A stretch of 64,000 nucleotides of DNA from Phoronis australis (Eukaryota > Animalia > Phoronida), in the NCBI GenBank assembly GCA_002633005.1, contig NMRA01000015.1:380054-444053 (forward strand), in the 5' to 3' direction. Position 1 is the stretch's first letter. Each line of letters begins with the position of its first letter. Of this stretch, positions 12,703 through 25,867 are shown piece by piece. The position numbers and the translations under genes were made by a program. The notes under the pieces were generated by a model. The model was not told where the DNA came from. It made no database searches and saw only the letters and a list, made by a program, of their open reading frames with translations.

Positions 12703-14501
12703 CTGTAAACGTTCGGGTTAACACCCTGGGCGGTTAAATTGGCAAACCCAAAAAATCGGGGGTGGGCGGTTAACCAGACATTGGGCGCTTAAACGTGAAA
12801 CGTCAAAAAATCCAGGGTGGGCGGTTAACCGAACATGGGCGCTTATTACGACAGGCAAGCGCCCTGGGCGGTTAATCTTACCTCTTGATCTAAGTACCCA
12901 CACCACACACGTAGGCCTACTCGGAACACGTAGCACTTTTCAAAGAGCGTTATCGTCACGTTGCCACACGACGGGAAAAATGTCATAACAGTGGATGATC
13001 CCAACAAAGGTTATGATGCCCTCAGATTAGTTTATTCACTATTAAATTTACAGAATTGCTGAGTAATAGCCCCGTGCTGTCTTGCGGTCTTGTTATTTAG
13101 CCCTGTAGAGCGCAGATGACCAGTGACCATGCAGCCTCTACTTGGATTGCAACTATTTCATTTTGCTAAAGTGCGCACGTGCAAGCTTCATGTGTTGCAG
13201 AGGTCACAGCAGACATTAAATTTATGGTTACAGTCTCGTACTAGCTGCCAAGTTCATAGTCAGAGAGCAGTTTTAAAATTGGTTGTAATAAAAGTTTGAA
13301 AACCTTAATTCAGATGTTTTTTGTGTTTGGGATGTTTATAGTCAACACTCGTGACTCAATGATATTTTCAGTGTATGGTTCTGTGGCTTGCTGTTTTATC
13401 TCGACTGCCATTGCTCACTTGCCGTTGCACCAAACATGCTCTGCAAAGAAGTAGGCCCAAGACAAGAATCGGGGTTAAGCGGCCGTGTGCCACTCGTCAA
13501 TCAAGAATAAAAGTTCGAGCCACGGCATAAATATGTGATAAAACGCTACAAAACAGCGATGTCTCAATTCATAAACGATCACATTACCAAATTCGTGGTG
13601 AAAAAAACATTTATTTTTCATGCAAGATGTCCAGATTATCCTATTTATAACTTGCAATATCGCACTGCGGCACTGTTCGTTCCCGTTGTTAGCGCGCAAT
13701 GTCTCAGTCGGCTGACAATCTTGAATTGGAAATGCCGTCAAGTAATATAACGGCCTCTTTCAATATGCATCTCGTTTTTTATGGCCAAAGATAGCGGCGG
13801 GATTCAGCACGTGTGTAGGGCCTACGTGCGAGTCACCTGTCAATCACATGTTGGTGTCAAGGTAACATGCACTCCAAAGTGTGGAAACTTGCGCGCCTGC
13901 ACCACTACAAAGTCACACATCGAAAGAGAATAGCGACAGTCCTAAGTAACAGAAACGGGCGTGACTATATACTTTTAACCATTGTCTCATTTCTCTGACC
14001 TGCTTTTTTCGAATATATGTTTTATCAAATGCACTGCAGACGAAAACTCAGCGAGGTAGACAAAGTCGCTGAAAGCAGAGGTTTTGACGCCGGCGGCGTT
14101 CTTAAACTTTGCAAACATGGGAAGAAAATAAAGTGACAAAAACGTTCAAGTATTAAATTTTGAAGCGAGTCCATGACCCAAGACAATAACTCGTTACTTG
14201 TATAATTGCAATTCACATTGCTAAACCACGGTCTCTGAGGCCCGGCGTCGCTGCGCTCATTGTGATCATCAATCTTTTTCTAAAAGTCAGGGAATTGCGC
14301 GTTTCCTTAGGACTGGGCACTAAATATTCATTCTTTAAAAGTCGGGGATGGGCACTTAACCGAGAGGTGGGCGCTTAACTGGAAATCTTCAAAAATCGCA
14401 GGGGGGCGCTTAACCGAGCAGTGGGCGGCTAAATCGAAAATCCACCTAAAGTAGGGGGTGGGCGGTTAGCTGAGCATGGGCGTTAACCCAAACGTTTACG
14501 G
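12703..14501. mobile_element. Non-autonomous Tc1/mariner (pogo/Tigger-like) element
   Basis: TA flanks. TIRs CTGTAAACGTTCGGGTTAACACCC / GGGCGTTAACCCAAACGTTTACGG. Multiple subterminal GGGCG(G/C)TTAA motifs at both ends. Confidence 0.8.
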
Positions 14502-16834
14502 TAGGTCTCCATTAACTTGGCGGAGTACTTGGAAAATTAGGCAACCAAACACACGCACCACAGTGGTGGTATTGGGCTGTCTACACCCGCATGGCAGGTA
14601 GAGCTTCATATCTTTCATTGCTTATTGAAAAATTGTGCTGCTATCAGGGTTTGAATTTGAAACAAGATAAAAAACAGCATTAGTTTAGCCAATGCGCTTT
14701 TAAGCTTTAACAAGCTCACAGATTCTTGAAGCCATTTGTAAAGTGTAAAAAGCTTCTTGGTTTTGCTTTATGTTTCAAAATGTATATGCGAAAGTATCAT
14801 GTGAGATTTAACTTTCAGTTCTAACCCCGGTTATGCCTGTTGAATATCCATATAACAGTAGTTATAAGGGGACATTTCAGGGCTGTGCTCAAGACTACTT
14901 GTTAGAAATACTACTAGCGCTGCTCATAATGTAGAGTGTGCATTGCCTTTATATCAGACTAACCACGTAAACAACAAAAATTTCATAAAAATAACGGCAA
15001 TTGTAATTTATCTCAGCTGCCAAAAGTTTCATCATATGATCACTATAATCCTTAGGTTTAGATTGTCATAGAACTTTAAATAAAGTTACAAAATACCTGG
15101 TTAGCCTGAAGTCCAACTTTTATTGGCACATTAAGTTCCGTTATGTGCATGGTTTGCTCTAGATTGCCATTGCATGATAGGTAACCATGTGCATATTTTG
15201 TAATCAAGTTGTGTACATTAAAGTTGTTTTGATGTCTTAGGAGTGAATCCATGTTTAAAACTCCATTCAAAACAACTAGAAAGTGACAAACTGCAGTGCA
15301 TGCTTGGATTAAACTTGCACACTTGTACTTGAATCCTGGACAGTGATTGGTTAAGTTTTGAGTTTGAAGACTATTTTTTAGGCTCTGTATATACGTCAGT
15401 AAGTGCATGCAAAAAAGAGTTTTACAAATTAATGTTATATAAACAGCACAATAAATATCCAGCAAGTTGACTTGTAGCTTTTACTGGCCTTTTGTTAAAT
15501 TTTGGTGTCTTTATTGCAGAGTGTAGCTTTAACAATTGTTGGATAAGGACAGCTACCCACACAACAGACCATACGCTCTTTATGAACTGTAGTTCATGAA
15601 ATCAATTCAGTTATCTGATCTCAGAAACGTGGGTTTGTAGTCACAAAACATGGATTATTTTCCTATGAAGCTAAGCGAGCAGATGCATCTAAAGAATATT
15701 AAGTGGCTTGTGGTCTAGCATAAGTATGAGGTACAGTAGCTTTAAATTAAAGGAAAGTGAATAACTTTGTAATTAAATGTCGAAGTTTTCTAATTTCCAC
15801 CTCCTATTAACCAGGTTGTACTTTAGGGTTACTTTTAGTGAAACTTGTTCCCACAATGGAGTGTATTGGATTTACTAATAATATGATTGTCAAGAAAAAT
15901 GAAACTGACTTTTAAATTCATATTTTGAACCGTTAAAAATTATGATAGGTAATTGTAGGCACTATTTCAAGCATAAGAATTGTTCTTCCCAAAATCATAT
16001 CTATGACGATTCCTGATAAACTTTCAGTTACCTGTTACTTTTTTAATGCTCTTGTTTCTGACAATACCGTATTCTTGGACTTGAGTGTTATGTGATTTGT
16101 TATGCCTGGTGTCATTGCTGTAATAGTAGAAAAAGTACCTGCTGATAAAGCATGGACTTTTGTTGTAATCCTTCCTGGCCATGTAATCACTTTTCCTTTG
16201 GTTGTGTTTCATGATTTGGTGGCGATTTCAGTGTATGTACATTCCATTTTTATTCCTCAATTCTCACATATTCTCATAGACTGAGAACGATGCATGTGTG
16301 AATATATCATAAGCCTGATTTAGTTTCACTGCATTGTATTTATGACACTTGAACTGATTTGTGAAATGTTTCTGGATTTTGAGGTTCTTCTATTTCACAC
16401 ATGCTCACTTATTCTAAGGAATTAATGTATTTTGAGGAACTGCAATTTATTTTCTGCAATTAATCACTGTTCATGAAATGTGAACAGAACTCTATTTTTG
16501 TTAAATGACGTATGGAAATCCTTAAACTTGTTACTGTACTCCAATCTTGTTTAATTTAGTAAAAATTTCCTGAATGAATGTCTTATTGAAACTTATTGCT
16601 CTTGGAAAACATGAGTTTTCAAAAGTTAGTTCCTTGAAAACTTTAGTTTTAATGGCTTGAGATTGTTCCAAAAAACGTGTTCAAAAATACTTAACTTTTC
16701 AATCACCAAAACTAAACTTTTTGGCAAAAACTTAAGTATTTTGGAACAAGTTTTTTTGGAACAAAGTTAATAAATTATGGTAGCTTTTGTAAAAGCTAGC
16801 TGCTCAATCACTTACAAACCTATTTTTAACAAAT

Positions 16835-17135
16835 GGCAGTGTTACTGATGTATTGTACATATCAAAGTGGCGATAAAAGCATGTACGGACGCAGTATCAT
16901 GCTTCACACTTTCAGAAATAATAGATGCAACAAAGCAATTGAGCACTTCAGTATTATAATAAGCCACAAATGGACGAAAAGTAGCTTGGGACTTGTTCAA
17001 ATGGAGCCAATCAACAGCGTCTTCCACAATAAAAAAAAATAATTTTCATCAAACAGAACAATTTCTTTGTCTCCTGCAATATTACCTTTCATTTCAGCAG
17101 TATACTTGGATCATGCTTCAGAAATAAAATGCTTT
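16835..17135 (-). pseudogene. Sola2-type transposase remnant
   Basis: HFISEA*SKY...EIVLFDENY / IVEDAVDWLHLNKSQATFRPFVAYY...IISESVKHDTASVHAF matches the DFSENY..QDxxQxxHW...ISDxLxHD..V..F motif. A possible terminus ...CCATACCTC lies at 19630. Confidence 0.65.
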
Positions 17136-17474
17136 TGTCTGAGGGACTCAAAGCAATCCCCACCTTTCTGGACAAACAGTTATAAGTGAAAGTTGACAAG
17201 ATGGTGGTAGAGTTCATGTGCGTCCACTACTGATGAACTGCAAGCCATAACAAACTTTTTAGCTTTGTTATGCCGTATTGTCATTCTGCACTTAAAAACT
17301 CTCTGTGTGAACATTAAGTTTGGACTATCATTAACATGACATTGTCTTTTGGAATAAATCCAATAACTTGAGCCTGAAAATCATTACAACTTCAATGACA
17401 TCGTTTTTAACTTCAGCAGGAAAATCACAACTACCGTCAATATTATGTTGAAGACTTCGCGAACTTTCGTTAAC

Positions 17475-19403
17475 ATCGTGTCATTTTATGTCACATCTTA
17501 AAAATTGTCTACATCAAAGTAAAAGTTGAAATAACATGACATTATCATGGAATGAATCCAATAACTTGAGCCTGAGAGTCATTAAATCTATTGATTGTAA
17601 TGACCTTAAACCCATTACGGATGACAAAATATCATTGAAACCCTTTGTCTGAGATTGACTGTGGGTTTGTTTAAAAAGGTAGCTATGCTTTGAGATTAAC
17701 AGAGTCGTTAAACCATGAAGATGTTTTAAAAACAACATTATTTTTGGTTATATAATCATACATGTGTCATTATATGAGAAGAAATTTAATATCATTGTAA
17801 ACTGCAGACACTGATTATTGTGTGACAAAAAGGACTGAAAAAATGTGTTACTTAACTGAAAATGCTTTTTAGTGCCACATAACTTTAACACTGACCACCA
17901 AAATCTATTGTTTTTTACTTTTTAAAGTTAGCAGAAATAAGAAGTATACTTTTGGCATTTAAAGTGCCTTAATTTATTTCATGTAATATTTTGAGGCTAG
18001 TCAAAAGTCGAATTCAGGATTCGCGATCGTGTCATTTTATGTCATATCTTAAAAATTGTCTACATCAAAGTAAAAGTTCAAATAACATGACATTATCATG
18101 GAATAAATCCAATAACTTGAGCCTGAGAGTCATTAAATCTATTGATTGTAATGACCTTAAACCCATTACGGATGACAAAATATCATTGAAACCCTTTGTC
18201 AGAGATTGACTGTGGGTTTGTTTAAAAAGGTAGCTATGCTTTGAGATTGTGCGTATATGGAGAGTGAATAATCAAATCCAGTAATTAATTTATTATATAA
18301 TAACCCCTAAATAGACAAATGAAACCTATTGTTAATTAAGTAATCAACTACAAGGAGTAACTACACTAGCGCCCTCTTTAAAGATTACTTTAATCAATCA
18401 ACCAAAATAATCAAATGTCTTAATCTGCTATCCAAACTAGGACTCTCCACTTGTTGAATGTCTGCCCCGTTGGTGAATCTTCGAACTACACACACTGTAT
18501 AGTGACAGTGTACTTACTGGTCACCGTCTCTGGTGATGCAACGCTTGCAGGCAATTTCTTCTACCCGCGATTCTTGCTGGTCACAGTCTCTGGCTCATGA
18601 CACAACACTTAATTAGTATCTTACCACCCACGATGCAAGTGACAAGCTCTTAGTTAACTTCCTGTTCGTTAACCCTTCCCCTTGCCAAGATCCTTTCTAG
18701 AATCTTCCATGAGATGGCTCTGCCGTACAATTGCTTCTGTACACCGTAGCAAGTCTTTATGCTTCAACTATAGCGCATCTGATTATCTAGTTGATTTCAG
18801 CCCATAATATAACATTCTACTTATTTAGTGATTGGCTAATAAAAACCACATGATCATATCCACTCCTATTATTGGCTGTTACAATTTGTTCTCAGAATTT
18901 TCTAGAATCTCTAGAGTACTTTGACCCCAGAACTCAAAGTTGTCAACACCATCTAAAAATAGATTTTGACATTAAAGTACATGTCAACAAGTCTGACCCC
19001 ATGATTTAAAAGTACATATGCACAAATTTTGGGCAACTTAAAATGGATCTATTCTTACTAATTACTTAATCAATATTTATTCCGACACCCTTCATTTAAC
19101 AAAGATGTTTTAAAAACAACATTATTTTTGGTTATGTAATCATACATGTGTCATTATATGAGAAGCAATTTAATATCATTGTAAACTGCAGAAACTGATT
19201 ATTGTGTGACAAAAATGACTGAAAAAATGTGTTACTTAACTGAAAATGCTTTTTAGTGCCACATAACTTTAACACTGACCACCAAATTCTATTTTTTAAA
19301 GTTAGCAGAAATAAGAAGTATACTTTTTGGCATTTAAAGTGCCTTAATTGCTTTCATTTAATATTCTGGGGCTAGTCAAAAGTTGAATTCAGGATCCGCG
19401 ATC
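17475..19403 (+). repeat. ~550-bp tandem duplication, second unit interrupted by an 847-bp insert
   Basis: 17475-18025 closely matches 18026-18247 plus 19095-19403. Confidence 0.9.
18248..19094 (-). mobile_element. Solo-LTR-like insertion
   Basis: Absent from the first duplicate unit. TG...CA ends. AATAAA ~45 nt from the minus-strand 3' end. No clean TSD. Confidence 0.5.
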
Positions 19404-19985
19404 TCAATTTTATGACATTTGGGACCCCTCAGTTCAGGTATGACAATTTCTGGGTGCATTATGGTGATAGGTTCTGACAGTTTAATATGCTGTTAATCTA
19501 TCCAGGTATTTTCAATCCAATGCAATGCTTAATTTTGAAGTTAGAAGGCTCCAAAATCAGAAGAAAATCAGTTTCAACTCGTGAGGCCAAAAATGGGCGT
19601 GGCACCCAAGATTTCAAAGATCCATACCTCAGAGATCCTTTGACGCAGGTTAATGAAATTTTGCAGCTAATCATTGTGTATTGAATTTTTATTCAATTCT
19701 GAGATGGTGACCTGACAACCTCTTGGGTGATTTCATGTGGAATAATCCAATACATATACCAGTATACAAAAGAAACACCCAATAATGCAACACTGCCTTT
19801 GTGAACACTGAACACCAAATGGCAGGCAGATAATTGTAGTACTTAATCGCCTTAGTCATTGAGTAAGAAAAAATGAAAGAAAAGCCAGTAAGTATGGTGG
19901 AAGTGCAGATTCTGACATTCTTGCAAAAGCCATAGATAACTTATTCCAAGTAATACAGTACAAGGATGAATATTGGGATTGTTTC

Positions 19986-20351
19986 CACTACACTCTGCTG
20001 TACGGTAACAGCACTACACTGTGCTGTACGGTAACAGAATTACACTCTACTGTACGGTAACAGCACTACACCCTGCTGTACGTTAACAGCACTACACTCT
20101 GCTACACGGTAACAGCACTACACTCTGCTGTACGGTAACAGCACTACACTCTGCTGCACGGTAACCGCACTACACTCTGCTGCACGGTAACAGCACTACA
20201 CTCTGCTGTACGTTAACAGCACTACACTCTGCTGCACGGTAACAGCGCTACACTCTGCTGTACGTTAACAGCACTACACTCTGCTGTACGGTAACAGCAC
20301 TACACTCTGCTGTACGGTAACAGCACTACACCCTGCTGTACGGTAACAGCA
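19986..20351. repeat. Minisatellite, 26-bp unit CACTACACTCTGCTGTACGGTAACAG, ~14 copies
   Basis: Direct reading. Confidence 0.95.
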
Positions 20352-20620
20352 ATGCAGTTGGCCAAGTCAATTTTTGCCCATCTATCTTGGATGACAGCAG
20401 AAATACATAAACTGGTGCTCTACACATTTTCTGACGTTATCTTTGATAGCTCATGATGTGGTAAGACCCTTATGGGTTCAACACACAGAACTGAAAACAA
20501 CAATGGTGTTTGTGCTAAATACATTTGCCTCTTCGCAACTAGCAAGAAAGAGCAAAACTCACACTAGCAGACAGCTCCACATACAGGCAGTTACCTTAGT
20601 AACAGTTACGTGGTACTTAC

Positions 20621-20669
20621 TAGACATCACTGAGTTTTCCGTGCAGCTGACTTGGCGGTTCAGATGTGG
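20621..20669 (-). CDS. Candidate 49-bp exon (PHLNRQVSCTENSVMS, phase 0 to 1)
   Basis: Acceptor ttgtttttacag and donor GTAAGT. Its phases exactly bridge the 34144 exon and the 4056 exon. Confidence 0.5.
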
Positions 20670-20699
20670 CTGTAAAAACAATGGTTTAATTTAATTTAA

Positions 20700-21304
20700 C
20701 AAACTCACAAACTAGTATTCCGTTCATACACACACATGTCAGACCCAGTAGCATAACCAGTGTTAATTGTGTGGTTGTAAGTCATTTTGCTGGCATGACG
20801 GCGTTCTCCCGTTCAGTGAGTTTACCAGACGCAGAGGGTTGTGAGCGTGTCATAACATCTAGCTAATTTGTTAAGTGCCAAGCAGTCTTTTGTCTGTTAT
20901 TACAACAGACCACGTGTGAACACAGTCAAACCCAGAGCGTTCGGAAAGAATATTGTCGCAACTTCGGTTGTAGTTGGGCAATTTTGGCGATTCAAAAGTT
21001 AAACACGACCAGCATTTGACGAGAAATTCAGAAATGCTATTGCTTTATGTTCAAGTATGTTATAACTTAACTTTTATTTTTAACAGCACAGCCCAGCCAG
21101 GCTAGATACTATCTTTACTGGAGATTAGGGCAATTACCGAACAAAAGAGAGCTGGCCCTCCAACCCTAAATGCCAGAATGGAGTTAATCAGTTGAGTAAG
21201 ATATTGGCTGCCGGGGTCATCTTCCCAACTTGTTGTTGAGCTATAGAATCAAACAAGTTGGGAGCAACGGGAAAACGGGGAAAACGCCGTAATGGGCTCT
21301 TTAA
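20700..21304. mobile_element. Kolobok-like end fragment
   Basis: CpG-richer block ending ...GTAATGGGCTCT-TTAA. The partner end was not found. Confidence 0.35.
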
Positions 21305-23289
21305 GTTACCTCATGTTGCAAGTATTTTTACCAGGACTTTTGTAGCCACACTGTTTACTTCTAATAAACACTAGAAGAGTGTTTTTGTTTCTTGCTGCAT
21401 TGAATGAGTTTGACACTACTGACAGAGAATTGTTCCAACACCAATTTCAGATTTAAATGTACGGTAAGGGTTGGGTACAAAACTACTGACAAAAATTTCC
21501 CTTTTTGTGAATGATACATAGCGCCTGTCTCACTAAAATGCTATTTTCAACACTGAAGAGTGATGGCGTTTTTTGCCACCATGAACCTATAATACAGGGC
21601 ACGGTGGGCCAGCTACACTCTTAGGCTGATTGTCACTCACAGTAGCTAGCCTAGAACAGGTCTGACAGACCACTCTGCAATAGGATTGTTTGCCAAACTT
21701 TAAGATCAATGCCAAATGCTTGAATGAGACAAAGTTGAGAATCAAATCCTAGGTGCCACTTCAACCTACATGTACAGTGGCAAGCAAATGAATTGTGGTA
21801 AAAGCTGTTTATTTTAAGAACACAACTCAGCAGACAAGAAATTTTTTTGTCTAATTTTTCAAAAAATAAACATACGGAAATGTTAACTTCAGTCTTAGCA
21901 TAGGTTTTTTTTATTGTATGTTTATCACAAAACCATAATTTTGGGCCTTCGAACAAGGAAATTACCCTTTGAAAAAATAGGAACGTAGTTACTATAGCGA
22001 TCATTTTTGCACGAGATTGAAGGACTTGCCTTTATTAGTTTTACCGTTACAAATCCATGAACAAGTTTACTTTTTTTACGACCTGTTCATTAACTTCTAA
22101 GATTTTTGCGCATAGCACACACTGGGAGATCCAAAAAGACAAACAGAAGTTGTAAAAAGTGACAGAGATTGTACAAGCACAATCCACTCTTACAACTAGC
22201 ATGACTATTATGCGGGGACACATTATTACAAACAGCGCATTTTATTTTGATTTGATTTTGCAATTGTCAGGAAAATGTTAAAACTTAAATTCCAGAAAAG
22301 CTAAGATAACACTTCTAATTTAAGACTTGTATTATGCTCTGAGTAGTTTACAGGCAGTGTTTTTGTGCTCAAATTTGAAGATGCAAAATTTGATTCACCA
22401 AAGCCGAATGCAATCTCACTTTCAAATGGAATCTGCATGCTAATCACTTAAATCTATTATTATTTAGCCAAATGAGTTAGAACAGTTTACTGAAAAAATG
22501 TAAAAACAAAGTGTCATTAAGCTGAAAATGCTTTACAAACGAGGTCATTGACCAAAATGATCCGCTGGAAATCACCCTGACCTATGTAGCCTGAGCTCAG
22601 GAATAACACTGTATTCATTTCAAGCAGGTTATTTGGGCTGAACAGGTAAGTCAATAAGTGCATAGTCAATTATTTGCACTTTTTGTTTTCTCAAACCATT
22701 ATCTTCGGAGAGTGAAACCGAGTCAGAGCCTACTAAGCCAGCGGACAGTCCTGATTTCAGAATGGTAGTTAAAGCTTTTTATTGAATCACCCTTTAATTT
22801 TCTAGTCACTTTAGTGTCCAGTAAAATGTGTTTCAAACTGTAAATCTATCTGAAGTTTTTACCCTAACTGTCAGTGCTCAGTCACAAATAGCGGACACTA
22901 ATGTCAGGAACTATAGTGGTGCTTTCTGGTAAATGATACTCGTTTCTGCCTTGTCTGTTCCAAAATCCTAAAAGCTTTATACCGTTGTGATTCGTTGATT
23001 ATTTTGGTCCAGTTTCGGAACCCACTCCAGCCTCTGTGCCATCTTCAATCGTGACCTCAAACTATTGCGTGGCATCTACATCTCATTCTCTACTATTGAA
23101 CAGTTGACATATGTGTGGATAGCATGTATTACCATAAAATCTTCAACAAGAATAGACTGATGGAAACTTCTGCATTACATTTCGTTATCTCAGTCACAGT
23201 TTGATCCGATTTGGGTCACGGAAGTTTGCTGTGCTAGTCGCAAGTAGGGACCTGGTCAAAGTTAGAGCCCTCCAGGGCTGATTATTGTG

Positions 23290-23401
23290 CATAAATCAAG
23301 GAAAAGGCTCGTTTTCAGAGGCAAAAACAATTTTTCCCTGCGCGAATGTCTGCGAGACAAAATGTTGGGCCCTCATTTATGACATCCTAGATCTGCCACT
23401 G
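23290..23401 (-). mobile_element. Fragment of the CAGTGGCGGATCTAGGA MITE family
   Basis: Reverse-complement similarity to the 5' ends at 50898 and 54610 (aaaatgttgggccc...cctagatctgccactg). Confidence 0.7.
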
Positions 23402-24441
23402 GGAAAGAATGATGCCACAAACAGGCAGCAGTAAACACTAGGACTCCCAATTCTCTATTCCCTAATTCCCAAATAATGAGTCCACATATAAATATGTGGG
23501 CACATAACAAAGGAGCAGTCATAAAAGTCCAGATAGTGTGTGAAGTGCCTATTGTAATTCCAACTGGTTAGAAGCATTACAAGTTGCTGGCTGGACAATG
23601 CGATGTACAAGTGCCTAACTCGATGAGAAACAATTTTAATGGTATCTTTGAAAAATAAAACTTGTTATAGCATGGAAAGAGAGACTGGCTGCACGTTACG
23701 CTCCCGCACTGTGGGGTGAGTTTCCCCGATTTCACTAATCGGGATTACTCGGGTTACAGCCGTGTCCTTATCAGATTGACATTGATAGCAAGGGATTAGA
23801 AAGTTGGAAAACCAATGTTTACATTAAGTCCAGCTCTCTCATTGTTTGCGTTCATCTGGTAACCTCACGTAATCTAGCAATTATGTTGTAAACAGCGTGC
23901 TTGACGCTGATATTCAAAAAATACTATTTCCAAACGACGGTCAACAAATGGCATGAAAACGATGTGTTTTATATGAAACACTATCACCAAAAAACTTCAA
24001 AGGGACGAGAAAAAAGGTTGACTTTCAGAGAAATTAGACTTAACTTTCACGTACTGATTCCTTTGTGTGATTGTAAGCTCTGACTCACTAACTACCAAAG
24101 CATTCCATGTACAAACACAATAGGTTTGTTTGTCAAGTTAATAGAATGAGATTCTAGATCAGATCGTGGTGTTGGAAATTTCTTGGTTATAACAGTCCAG
24201 GAGAATGGTACGTAACGCATAGTCTTTGCAAGTGTCTATTTTAAAGCACTAGAAAATGCTAATAGAATACGACAACCACAGCAACACCTCGCCGTAACTA
24301 CACTGTGACTCGAAACTGATCCAGTTACAGGACACGTTTGTACTGTTTTGAAAATCAATTCCATGTAGCAAACTAGGGGTGGGCCATATTAACAGTGAGT
24401 GCTTAACTGAGAATTCTAAACTCCGCTACAATCTAAGCTTC

Positions 24442-25222
24442 TAATGATTGTCAATGTACAACTCCTGCCCTGACGGTGCTGTGGCCAAAGCAGAACCTGA
24501 ATTCGCGGCCCCCAACGAGTAAGTAGATTTGCAGTTTCGTAGCTAATTCACCAACATAACCACATGCACATTACTTTAGCTCACTAGTATAGCATTTTCT
24601 TGAGTGGAAGTTTAGTTTCCACTGAACTTTGGCTGGTTTATGTTCGTGATGTCTGATCAGTTTTCAAGCCACTGGCCGGGATAACGAGCCAATCCGGCCG
24701 GCAGCGATGGGCCTGATTGGGATCCGAGCCACTGGCCAGGATAACAAGCGTTTGTGTTTAGAAATCAAAAAATCACAAGTCTAAACAACACAGATCTAGG
24801 TTCCCTGTCTGTATCTCACGGAAAATACTTCAAAATTATCTCCGAACAGACCCCAAACTCCTGCTACGGATATTGGCCTGCCGAACTTTGTAGGCTACGG
24901 TGTGTCCAAATACCAATAAATCCGTAAGAGCGAAATAAAACAACACGTTTTTATAAGAACTCGGTGTATTCTTAAGGGTTTACATTGAAGTTTGATGATT
25001 TATTGGTGTTAAACGATGACTTCAAGCGATAAGCTGACACCAGTAACCCATGTTGTGAACTGCTGACTACGTGTGAAACCGATATCGTCATTGGATAACT
25101 TCAACACCTCCGTCTGCTGTCAGGCGTCAGGTAACGCAACCGTACGTGTCGTTATGGAGTAGAACTACTCGATCTAAATTGATACAAATTAGGTTGTTTT
25201 TTTGGGACTCATGCTCCTTTAA
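24442..25222 (+). mobile_element. 5'-truncated copy of the 5905-11085 Kolobok element, without the nested insert
   Basis: Closely matches 6818-7465 and then 10962-11089. Ends CATGCTCCT-TTAA. Confidence 0.9.
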
Positions 25223-25289
25223 TAACTTAAAAAAATAGCCACTATTGTGGCACACAATGCATCATATCCCTCAGAAAATAGAAAGGTGC

Positions 25290-25561
25290 TGTAATGTCTC
25301 CTGTAAAGAAGCCGCTTTTTCCAAATTTCATGAAAATTCATCAAGAAACATCAAAGACAAAGGCAAACATAAAAAAGAAAACTACCACTAGGCGAAACAG
25401 CGGAAGTCAAATTTATCAGAAACTTGTCATCTGTCGTCTGAGCTTCACAAATCTCATTAAGGTACTACAAGGAGTTTAGGAGATACAGCCGAGGATGCCT
25501 GATGCCCAGGCAGAGATGGTGACAATATACACCCATATATGTATACGTGGGTGCATAAAAA
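25290..25561 (-). mobile_element. HINE/DINE-like fragment
   Basis: Ends GTGGGTGCATAAAA, the reverse of the 2627 element start. Contains aaatttcatgaaaat units. Confidence 0.55.
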
Positions 25562-25867
25562 TATGCCAAATTGTCCAAACTGCCTTCAAAATCAAGTGGT
25601 AACACCCAATTCCCATTTAAAATCAACTAGTAACTTCATGCTTACATAAAAGTGAAATTTCATAAGAATTTTTTGCGTCGTTTTATCATTTCACGATTTT
25701 CGACTACTGTTGGTCAATCCAAGTTATTGAAAAAGTATATGATTACATATTTATAAAAGTATAAACAGTATCAAAATAGGTAACGCCATTTTAAAGGCAC
25801 TCAGACTAACATTTTGAAAGAGCACTGCTGTTTCAAATCATCAAGGCTGAATAAAATTCTTCACATA

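Noticed and set aside
16032-16117. Possible minus-strand exon (NDTRHNKSHNTQ...)
   Set aside because: Splice sites are plausible, but its phase-2 start has no partner exon and the sequence is AT-rich.
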